A stretch of 64,000 bases of DNA from Oopsacas minuta (taxonomy: Eukaryota; Animalia; Porifera). Of the stretch, positions 48,425-59,363 are shown piece by piece. The position numbers and the translations under genes are program-made. Each line of letters begins with the position of its first letter. The stretch's first letter is position 1. A model generated the notes under the pieces. That model did not search any database. It had not been told where the DNA came from and saw only the letters and a program-made list of their open reading frames with translations. The stretch spans positions 5,725 to 69,724 of the forward strand of contig JAKMXF010000296.1 of the NCBI GenBank assembly GCA_024704765.1. Reading direction: 5' to 3'.

Positions 48425-50771
48425 TGTTACAGTAATTGTGTGAATTCAGAAATTAATTGAATTTCTGGATTTTTGGAAAATTCACTACAGATATTTGCTA
48501 ATGTTAACTGGTACTTTCAGTAATGTGTGAACAACATACAATATCAAATAGTGGCTTCACAATAAATATGATGGCTTCACACAATGAAAGTGATTGTATC
48601 TCAGTTGGCTTCACTTGTTTGGGCATTCTTGGGTATATATCCTGGGTAATCCAGTATGTCTAGCATTACTTGGAAATAATTCACAGGCTGAACATGTCTG
48701 AGCAATCATATAAAGATGCTATGCTTAAGTTATTTGGGGATGGCAAGAGCCTGCTATTGCCCAAATCAAAATTACTACAAGCTATTGGAGGAAGTCAGAG
48801 AAGCTGCTGACAAAGGAGAAAAACAAAACTAGGAAGGAATTTATCTTTGGACCAAGTAATTTTAATGTATATCACTAATCACCAGCCACCATGTATTTAT
48901 TTATTTATTTATTTTAATATATTCCATACTTCTAATTTGAATTAATTTAATTTCTATTATAATTTCATCCTGTGTATAGTGTTTACTAGACTTCTGAATT
49001 TCACATTATTTCACTTCATTTTTGCAACGATTCTGTAATATTTTAATTTCTACTTTTCCGTCATCTAAAATGATTGTAGATTTAGTTTCGCAATATTTTA
49101 TCCCCTTTCGATTTATATTCTTTATTTATTTATTTTCTAACATATATGAAATTCTAGTGTGGCGATGTAGAGAAGCTGATCCGAAACGTAAAGCTCCCAC
49201 TGACCCCCATTGTACTACTCTACAATTGAGGACTCATATGATGTCATCAGGAGAGCCCACACAGCAACTGGGCATGGAGGGCGGGACAGAATGCTGAAGG
49301 AATTGAGCAAGAAGTATGCTAACATCACCTGCAAAGCTGTAGAGTTCTACAAGTCTCACTGCGAGGAATGCCAGAAGAAGAGGAAACGTCCAATGATAAA
49401 AGGGGTTGTTGTCTATCCTATTTTGACAAAGGAATTTGCCTCCAGGGGTCATGTAGATTGATTGACATGCAATCCTTTCCATCTGATAAGCACAAGTGGA
49501 TTATGGTTTACCAGGACCATCTGACCAAATTTGCGTAAACGAGCTCTATCTTCTAAAAGAGCTAGTTAGGTGGCTTATCTTCTAATGGACATACTTCTAC
49601 TCCTGGGGGCACATGGATTTCTTCAAAGTGACAATGGCTCTGAGTTTCTTTCCCATGCCACCTCTGAACTGAAAGACATGTGGCCAGATCTCACAATTGT
49701 TCATGGAAAACTCCGGTATCCACAGAGCCAATAGTGACATCAAGGACATGTTAGTTGCCTGGATGTCTGAAAACAACACACAAGATTGGAACATTGGGAT
49801 TAAGTTTGTTCAATTTCAGAAGAATACACCATATCATGCTGGGATTAAGTGCTCCCCATACTCTGCTTTGTTTGGGTGTGATGCACGTACTGGATTAACA
49901 TCCTCTTCTTTACCACAAGAGATCATTGAGAGAATGCAATCTGAGGATGATCTGATTGCTCTAATACATGCACCTGCATCATTTCAGTCACCAGCCTCCC
50001 CTGGGCCTTCTACTGACCACCAACCAACCTCCTCTGAGCCATGTGATGCCCTGCCATCATCTCAACTACCAGCCTCTCCTGAGTTGTCATCCCTGGCTCT
50101 CCTCGCCTGGTAACACATGAAACATCTCCTGTTGCAGTTGTGGAGGGGCACAAGAAAGAGCTTAAGAAGAGGAGGATAGAGGCCAGTGCCTTGCAATTAT
50201 CACAAGCAAAGAGGATGATAAAGCGCAGCCACATCCAATGCAAACCTGGGAGCCCTGGAGATAATGTAGCTGTCCCAATTCCCTCTGTAGATCGTGGAAG
50301 AGGAGACCCCAGGAACATTCTAGGAGTCATTCTGTACAGGGGTGAGAGAGATCGGTACAATATTGCAGTGAAATCAGGAATCCAAAAGGTTTATATTCTC
50401 GTAATCAGTTTGCAGAATCTGCAACAGGAGGTCAAGGCTTCACTAAATGCAACTGTCAAGGTTTCAAGAAATGCCAGACCAATAGATGCAAATGCTATAA
50501 GCTACGTTACAGTGCAATTTCAGGTGTCACAGTAACCTAAACTGTTCTATTAAGTAATTATCAATGGGTACATTGACTCATTATTATAGTTTGATTACTA
50601 TGCATGTATGTGTTTTAATTATTATTTCAATTCATTACTTCTATCCTAATATATGTGTTTTTATCATGATAGTTGCATACACGTATAAAAGCTAATCCTT
50701 TAATACTTTTCTGACTTTGTGTTAATTCCTACTATTGATGAGTTTCCTGAATTCACACAATTACTCTAACA
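48425..50771 (+). mobile_element. Ginger2-like (KRBA2/SCAND3-type integrase) DNA transposon
   Basis: 25-bp TIRs TGTTA(C/G)AGTAATTGTGTGAATTCAG starting with TGT, and a 4-bp TSD TATA (48421-24, 50772-75). Confidence 0.88.
48694..50557 (+). pseudogene. Gypsy-like integrase/transposase with one decayed intron
   Basis: AHTATGHGGRDRM..CEECQKK (HHCC), VDLIDMQ..YQDHLTK, LQSDNGSEF, C-terminal Cys cluster. Intron 48856-49143 has a GT donor and an acceptor reading CAT instead of CAG. Confidence 0.85.
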
Positions 50772-50775
50772 TATA

Positions 50776-52084
50776 CTTAGGGCATCAAAAAGTTTCCATC
50801 TTTGTTTATATCTTGACACTACAACAACTTACTAATCAAATTTCTACATAAAATGTTCGAAATACTCCCCCCTACATCTAAGCATAGTTGTAGCCTTTCA
50901 ACCCACTTCGAAAATGTGCTATTATACTCGTCTCTGTCCACTGATTGAGGTAGTGGTAAATCCCGTTTCCTAGCTCTTGTCGTATATGAAGTAGCCGTCC
51001 TCCGAGATTTTTTTTCAGTTCAGGAAATAGCCAGAAATCACAAGGTGATAGATCTGGGGAATACGGAGGATGTTCTATCGTTTCAAACCCGATATCCTCA
51101 ATCACTTCCCTAACGTATTTTGAAACATGAGGTCTGGCATTATCGTGGAGAAGTTTGATTCCTCGAGTTCCTGTACGCGGACGTCATGTTCTATCGACTT
51201 TCTCGACTTCTCTCAGGCATTTATCTACGTAAAATTCTCCATTGAGTCGTTCTCCTTTAGGCACAGGTATTTGAGCCACTGGCTTATCAAAAAATATATT
51301 GTAGAGAACCTAATCGTCTCGGAAGTCCAGACGTGTCTTTTCGGTGGATAAGAACCTTTTTGGAGCCAAGATTTGCTTTATTCCTTACGCAGAGGTTCAG
51401 AAAATTTAATCCAAGTTTCGTCACCAGTAACGATTTCATATAACCTTTCCAATTTTTTCATTGCTTCCATACACATATCAAGCAAAACCGAACAACGAGC
51501 TTGCATAAAGAATCGTACCGTACTCGGCGACAAACCACTCCAGATACATGAGGATATCATCATCCTTTATCATGGTAAAGCTCTAGACCAATTGGTAGCG
51601 GAAATTAGACCAGAAGACCAATTGGTAGCGGAAATTGGACCAGAAGACCAATTTCCGCTACCACCCCTGAAATTGCCTCTGAAATTCTGGAACTATTGAA
51701 TATTGATCCTTATTTGAGCATTGAAGAGATTGCCCTAATTCTGGACATCTCATCCGGAAGTGTTCATACAATTCTAGACGATTATCTCGAATATCGAAAG
51801 ACAAGACAGCGCAATGGATACCAAAAATTCTTACAAAGGGGCAAAGGAGAAGTTGTTTTCATGCGAAGAAATTGCTTAAAGAATATGGAGATTGTGATTC
51901 TCACTCTCGAAAATAGGCAAAATTGAAAGTAGGATAGATCAAGATATATATATTAGCTAGAGTGAATTCCTCAACAGCATAAATAGGTAATCGATAGGAC
52001 TATTAGGATATACTATGTATCTCATGTAATCGAGTAGAGTTTAGCTTCTATAAGCTAAGGATGGGAACTTTTTGATGCCCCAAG
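50776..52084 (-). mobile_element. mariner transposon with internally inverted 5' half of the transposase
   Basis: TIRs CTT(A/G)GGGCATCAAAAAGTT with TA flanks. The C-terminal half (YEIVTGDETW, HPPYSPDLSPCDFWLF) is on the minus strand, and the N-terminal half (EQRACIK, TILDDYL) is on the plus strand at ~51451-51900. Confidence 0.9.
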
Positions 52085-52086
52085 TA

Positions 52087-52510
52087 GATATGTTTGTATG
52101 TTCCGATTTGATTGAAGAAAATAGAAGACCACATGGCTGATTTTGGCATACAGGGGTTTTTTGGGCCTGGCTCGGATAAGTTCGAGTCTTGGGAGAAAAT
52201 TCACACCTATGACGTCATTGTCACGTTTGGATTTTCAAAAAATCACATTATTAGCCACTGCTCAGCCAATACAGATTTAGATGGTTAAAATTTGAATAAC
52301 AAATACCCCTCCCAAAGTCTCACGGCATCACTTTTACCAAATGCTAACTCATCGTGGAATTTTACATCATCACGACTACAAAAATTTCTCGAATATCTAT
52401 ATTATACTTTTTGATATTAATCGAGGGAAGTAGTGCCGAGATTCATATCGAATACTAGCAGCAATAGTGTGGCTACTGAAAGCTTGAATAGTTCCTTTAA
52501 TGAACCATGG
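52087..52510 (+). mobile_element. Body of Helitron-like family B copy whose 5' end (TCTATC(TA)n) is at 48397-48424
   Basis: Reverse complement of 8760-9260. Separated from its TC start by the Ginger and mariner insertions. Confidence 0.5.
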
Positions 52511-53894
52511 TTAATAATTTCGAAAATTTCCTATATATTCTGAACTCGAAGCACGTATGCAGAGTATATCCCATCGCATAGCGACACAAACCCAAAGCAC
52601 TAAGAAAGTAAGCCAATGTGTACTTAAGCTAAATCCGAGGAACGAAATGGTAAGTATAAAGCCTCCTGTAGCGACAAGTTATGCGCAGCATAGTCGTATA
52701 ATTTTGGTAAATAATAGAATGGAATTATTGAAAGTGATGGCAACTAGACATTTAATAATGCATTTCTCACTTTCTTCTCTCGCGTCTTTTTGGCTCCAGA
52801 TTTGTCATTTTCAGGAGAAATATAGGATGTACGATACGAAATTGTTTTGAAATTTTATTTGGAAATACATTGTACATGTATATATACAACACAAGTATAA
52901 CAAAGTAATTAATGATTAATTATCACATACGCACTGCTAAAGTATTTTTACAATGAAGTAACACAATACCTATGTAATAATTTGCATTACATATTGTGGT
53001 AATTATGTATATTTGCATTTAAAATTAGATAATTATGAGCCTTGGCTCGTCGCTTCGCGATAAACTCCCCGAATTATGCCTCGAGGTATCCATTATTCTC
53101 CAAAATGATTACCCCTTTGAGTATTATAATATAGATATATTTAGAACAATATAATTCACTAATATACGTATATGCCATATATGTTATTGAATTATTTTTG
53201 TAAGATCAACCCCCTTTGTAGCCGTTGAGAGCAAGTATCTACCTAAATTTTGAGATTTTGCTAATTGTTTACTTAAAACTTAATTAATTAATAATCGAGA
53301 TAGTAAAAAGTAGTAGGGCTTACAATCCCGGGATTGAGTTTTTCTAATCTCAGGATTGAAAAGTAGGTACATGGTGTGGAATTATTTGAACATACTGTAC
53401 TAATTAAATAATAATAAGTCGTAAATCACGACCTTTGACTTCAACATCACATATAATTAAGTTTGAAACTGAATAGTCCAATATGCAATAGTCAGGTGTC
53501 AATCGAAATCTGTATTCGGTTGAGTTTCCGAATATCGTCAGAAGTCAGTTGAACCACTATAAGGTTAAAGTAATGATTTTACTCAGCTTTCAACGAAATA
53601 CCGCTTATATAGGAATTAAATCGGCTCCCTAAAACTTCGCTATAACGATAGGTTACATAGTAATTATACTGTGAAATATGATAGCATTGTATATTAGTTT
53701 CAGGTAATTGTTATCTATGAGCAAGGTTTTAATCGCTCGAATCGAATATCAATATTCGATATATTCTTGAATTACTGCTTAAATATTGACATTATCATAA
53801 CGGGAATTTGCTAACTTCAAATTAAACATACTATAACTCTTGTCAATGAGAAAAATTTTCCGTTATTTTAAAGCGGTTGTCTAATTTGCGACTA

Positions 53895-54260
53895 ATCTAT
53901 ATTATTAAATCTCAATTGTCTGTTTGTTTGTCTGTTTGTCTGTTTGTCTGTTTGTTTGTTTGTCAGTTGTCAAGGAAAGGATTTACGGTATACAATTTTG
54001 AAATTGTTGCATAACTATGTATTTATTGTGTTTATCAAGGAAGTAAATACAATTCAATAAAGCTTCACTAAATATATCGAACATACTGAATCCGATTTTC
54101 ACACTTTTGGGATTAATCATAAGTATTTATTGTTGTTTTTATGAATATATAGTAAACAAATTAGCCCAATTTCAAAGTATACATGCAGGCTTGCTCTACA
54201 TGGCTACACAGGGGTAACAGTATGCTGAACCAGAATTTTGCATTTTCAAGTTTCTCATAT
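53895..54260 (+). mobile_element. Helitron-like family A copy (3'-truncated); a further minus copy lies at ~53036-53270
   Basis: A|TCTATATTATTAAATCTCAATTG followed by a (GTTT/GTCT)n tract and the family body. Confidence 0.55.
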
Positions 54261-54327
54261 GTAAATTTTATGTTATTTGTGAATATTAATTAATTGTATA
54301 GATTTTCACATAATTTCTATCTTTTTA

Positions 54328-54598
54328 ATGGATCCTCTTGCTACAAGCCTGGATTTTGATCAGAGCTTTTCTTCTTTACTAAAGGTTGAGCTTGCCAAGC
54401 AACAAAATCTTATGGATTTAGATGATTCTCTTTCTCTTGATCACGTTCATGCTCAACGTCTAAGAGAGAACAATGATATTCCTGAATCCACTACACACTA
54501 CATAAAAGTTTACCGCGAGCAACTGGAGACTCTACAAAGAGATAATTTTTCTCTCAAACTTCAGCTTTTCTATTTCCAGAAAGCTTTTGAAAGTGCAG
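54328..54598 (+). CDS. First coding exon of a centrosomin CM1-motif protein (CDK5RAP2/myomegalin/Cnn family)
   Basis: REQLETLQRDNFSLKLQLFYFQK matches the CM1 pattern (L.kENFnLKLriyfl). Donor GCAG|gtcagc. Downstream exons not identified. Confidence 0.68.
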
Positions 54599-54829
54599 GT
54601 CAGCCTTTCATAAAATTTCACAATTGTATACTACCAGCTATATCCAAGGGATTATCTAGGAGCGCCAGACACTGCTTTAGTCACATGATTTTTTGATACA
54701 ATTATATATTACCGTGAAAGTTTAGGATCTTCCTCTATGCCATTCCACTAATTTACTGATTTAGTCATATGGAAATTTGGGAGGAGGAGAGCTAGGAGTG
54801 TGCTCGGAGAACCCTGGCTATATCATATA

Positions 54830-56171
54830 CAGGGTGTAACAAAAGTCTTGGCCGGTTGCATTATGGTGGCTCACATAAAATATTTCAAAGTCACAATATC
54901 TAATTATTCACCAATATAATCACCACCTCTTTCTAAAACTAATTTCATTCGATTAGGCATCCCATTCACCAGGTTTCGAAGTAAGTTCGATGAATCGTCT
55001 TCCATGCCGTTTTAGGTTTGCAATTAGGGCCTGAATCGTGGTGACCTGGGCCATTTCATCCAACCGTTCATATATAATACCCTAATGATTTTCAATCGGA
55101 TTCAAGTCGGGGAAGTTAACTGGCCACTCCCCTTTCTTCCAAAACGGAGGGAACTTCTCTGAACGCCACTGCTGCGTGACATTGGCTGTGTGTACGAGAG
55201 CACCATCCTGCATGAACAGAAATTCTGACATGTTTTCCAACATGGACCTCTCAATAACGGACCCCTTTTTAGCTTTACGAGCGATCGCATCCAGACAGGT
55301 TTTCTTCAATATTTCGTTCCTATAGTAGGCTCCATTGACGGTCTGTTTTGGGGTACAATGTGGAGTTCTGACAGCGCTCTATGTGACATCATTCCCCAGA
55401 CCATAATTTCGCTGGGAATTTAACCTGAAAATAGGCTCAATATTTTGTGAACCAATTGCCCATACTCGATCATTTTGTCTGTTTGGCGGATGAAATAACT
55501 CAAATGGCGATTCATCAGACCAGAACACATTATTCCAATCTTCGAAAGACCAATTCTCATGATCCCGAGCGAATTTCAATCGATTTTCCTTGATTTTTTG
55601 TGTAATTTTTGGCCATTTGGGACGTTTATAGGGTCTGGCATCAAGTCTTTGTGCTAAGTGCCGCTGAATTGTCATGTGAGATATGGGGTTTCCTCTGATA
55701 GATAGTCTCCTCGACAATTTTCGGGTTGATTGCCTCCTTTTCCCCAAGGATTTCTTAATCACAATTCGTGATACCCGTTTCAAAATTTGAGGCCGTCCAG
55801 ATCGAGGCTTAGTCTTCATAGTCTCACCGCATTTGTGTTGACTCCACCATCTCCGTACAGATATTACTCCAACATTTAGACGTGTAGCTACCTCTTTTTG
55901 AGTAATGCCTCCTTCAAGCATCCCAATTGCTTTAGAACGGAGCTCGACTCCGTGATCACCGACATTCATTTTCCCGAAACAAACTGGTAAGGTAAATGTG
56001 CTAAAAAAAATTTGCGAGCAGTGTTGAAGATATTCAATATGTCTATAGTATAAATGTAGTTACTATATAGTAACTATCAGTCAACTAGCATTTCCGTTGT
56101 ATGCTATAATTACTAGTATATATTAAATCCATCTACGATTGAGAACCGACCAAGACTTTTGTTACACCCTG
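54830..56171 (-). mobile_element. Tc1-like DD37E transposon
   Basis: TIRs CAGGGTGTAACAAAAGTCTTGG with TA flanks. Confidence 0.93.
54904..55969 (-). pseudogene. DD37E transposase, frameshifted
   Basis: VFWSDESPFELFHPPNRQNDRVW and FMQDGALVH..EWPVNFPDLNPIEN, with 37 residues between D and E. Confidence 0.88.
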
Positions 56172-58586
56172 TACTTGACTAGCATCATTTAGAGGCTGTT
56201 TTATCTAATATTTAAATAGTTTTTTTATTAAATAAGCTCAATTTATTGCGTAAGAATCCTGGTAAGCAACATGGTTTCAATTATACTGAATTCTATATTT
56301 CAATATTCAGTTCAATATATACATGTGTGATTGTATCATATTTCAACTACAGTAGACTCCGCTTAATAGGTCACGTCAGGACCAGCAATTTACCAAATTA
56401 AGCGGAATATACGTAGGTGTTGCCCGATTAACCGGAGTAAATTAATACTATTTGTATGGTTCTAGTTCTGGCCAAGTGGCCCGATTAACTGTATATTAAT
56501 CGGAGTCTACTGGATAAAATTATACATGCAGTTAATCATAAATTTCTCTTTATGTAAACTTTCTTAACAAACTTCTTAACCTTTTATTATATATTATGTA
56601 TTCCAACTTTTACAATTTAAACAACATTATATTTGTTAAGTTAACAATCTTCTACAAAATGAATTAATCTCCAAATCGAGAAATGTCATTTTATGCTACT
56701 TTTATCAGAGGCATTTGAGATACCACAAAATGGGCCCTCAAAAGCGGTATCTGTTATTCTAAAATTTGGCCAAAGTTTGTCAAGATCATGACGTGAGAAC
56801 GTGTGGCATATTGAGGCGTACCTGTGAAACTTCTATCATGTATATTGCCTTGAAGTTTGAAAATTGTATCGCATATGCCCTCAATATGTCCCATCTTATT
56901 TATGACGTCATGATTTTGACAATTTACCAACTCATCATTGGATTATTACGTCATCAAGACTGTACAAAAAATCAAAATTATACGAATTTCGATATTTTGA
57001 GCTGTTCAAATTACTTGAGTCACATAATGCCCAGATTACTAACCAAATGATACTAAGCAGCTATAGTGACTAAACTGTTGTGCTACGACCTATCAAGCGA
57101 AGCGCGGTATTGCAATTATTTGGCAACAGGTAATATAAAGAATATACAAACAAAAGTACTACGTATTATTCGTATTTCCTATAGTTCAGTCAGTTTAAGC
57201 GGTTATCCTTTTATTCGAGTCCCGATTAAGCGGCTTCCACTGTATTATTGTTGTCATATCGAACTAACAAACGATATAGTTTGACACAAGTAAACAAAAG
57301 AATATCCCATCTATGCCACCTTTTTTTACATAACTAATTCATTCAATTGAAAATTCACGACTTTTCCTATTACCCCTTCATAAGAGTCACGCGGAGGTAA
57401 TTTATCTCCAGGTTAGCATATATTGCCTTATTTTAATTTACTTTTAATTTCCTAGTATCGAGCCATGAACGTTCATGCGATAAACACGTTTGTTGAAATA
57501 TACACGAGCATGTCTAATGCGTATAGAGTTATTGATCCCGGGATTAGTATCACACATTAACAAAATTGTAAATTTGTTACAATCCAAAATCTGTTGATTC
57601 TTCATCTAAGTCCGATAGATAAAATATTATTGTAAATTGAGTCAACTTTTGTAATTTCTTAATATTTACTTGGCAGTGCAGGACTTGTTAAAAAAATTTG
57701 TTTTTGCTATCATATACTAATAAACACATAACAAACTTGTAAGTATTTTAACTTTTTTATAGTTTCAAACGTTGGCTGTGAACACTTAATTGTAATAAAT
57801 CAATTATACTCTTTTCCATTTCAATACCAAATTCTTTACAGCATATTTTCTATTGAATTCAGACAAATTATTCCACCCGCTAGAAGCTCGGGTGAATGTT
57901 TTTTTGACTCACGATTTAAATCATTAATCAGTTCGAAATTTATTACTACTGAGACTAATTAGATAATTTAATTATGGAAGTGTGTGTTTCTAGCAAATAC
58001 AAATCAGTGAAGACTTGTATTACTAACTGCAGTAAAAAAGTCCTATTTACTAAAGTATTCCTTTTTTGGTATCTCATGACAAATTACAAACATTCCGTCT
58101 TAGTTGTCATGGCGAGGAGTCCTGTTTAGGTTTTTGGCTCACGAAGCTCCCAAATTCAGACCGCTGGCTTGCGAGCCGCGCCTCTGAAACATCTATATAG
58201 GTTGTATTAGAAAATTCTCTTAGGACACCAAAATATAAAACAAGTGTGTGAATTGAAAAGAATTATATGATAAAGTAGAGTAAAAATACGAAGAAAAGGC
58301 CAACCCCCAAATATTTGCAATAAAAAGTTTTATTGCTTTTTTCGTAGTATCCTATTTAGGATCTAGAGAATAACATACTGAAAGTTTACTAAATCGGATC
58401 CCCTGAAGTTGAAAGTTTCGTGGGTCAAACTTGGTGTCCAATGGGAATCACCGGTGTTGTATATGTTGAATAGCTATTTCAATTGCTTTTATGGTAATAT
58501 TCGTGCTCAGCATCAAATTTCCAGCCTTTTGATACATTGACCATATTTGGAGGGATCTTTTCCCTGACAACTCAAAAATTCTTCAG

Positions 58587-59363
58587 GAATGTGACAAAAT
58601 TCCAATCTCAAATTTTATCCGAAACCCATCGAGTGACCCTTGTTCAACGGTGTTAGGCTAGCTAAGTCTTGTTATGTACATATCGACCTTCCAAATGACC
58701 TTCAAACACGATTTAGCAGGATAGACACCTCCGCGATCCCTAATTTTATGGATATGTTTGCCATGAATATATGATATTATCGTTTGTTTTGTTAATAATA
58801 TTTAGCTATGAATTGACTCATTTTCCTCTCAGTTTTGGCCTAAATTTTATTCAAAAAAATCGTTAATTACAATAGTCTATATCACCAACATCTAATGATT
58901 TATCCTGAAAGATTACTCGTTTGCATGCGGATAACCAGTACAGGTGTGAGGTTGATTGATAGTTTCAAACTATCACATGTTTCCGTTTGGCAATCAACTG
59001 ACTCACTACTGTATAGAATATCGCTTATCCCCAGTAAACGAGTAATCTTTCAGGATAAATCATAAGATGTAGATAATATTGACTATTCAAATTAACCATT
59101 TCTCTACATTTTTTGCATAAATATTGAGATCTACACTATTCGGTGAATGAATCAATTTACAGCTAAATATACATGTCAATCATGTAATAATATCCATAAA
59201 ATTTGGGATCCCTGAGGTCGATCCTGGTAAATCGTGTTTGAAGATCATTTAGGAGGTCGATATGTACATAACAAGACTCAGCTAGCCTAGCGGCGTCGGA
59301 TAAGGGGTCATGGTCACTCGATGGGATTTGGAGAAATATTGAGATTGGAATGTTATCACATTC
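58587..59363. mobile_element. Long-TIR (fold-back) non-autonomous element
   Basis: ~170-190-bp diverged inverted arms (58587-58755 vs 59180-59363) plus an inner inverted pair (~58865-58935 vs ~59025-59095). Related pieces at ~8060-8270 and ~22190-22250. Confidence 0.65.

Noticed and set aside
51585-51644. CRISPR-like 30-bp repeats
   Set aside because: Two adjacent copies, no spacer, derived from neighbouring mariner sequence.
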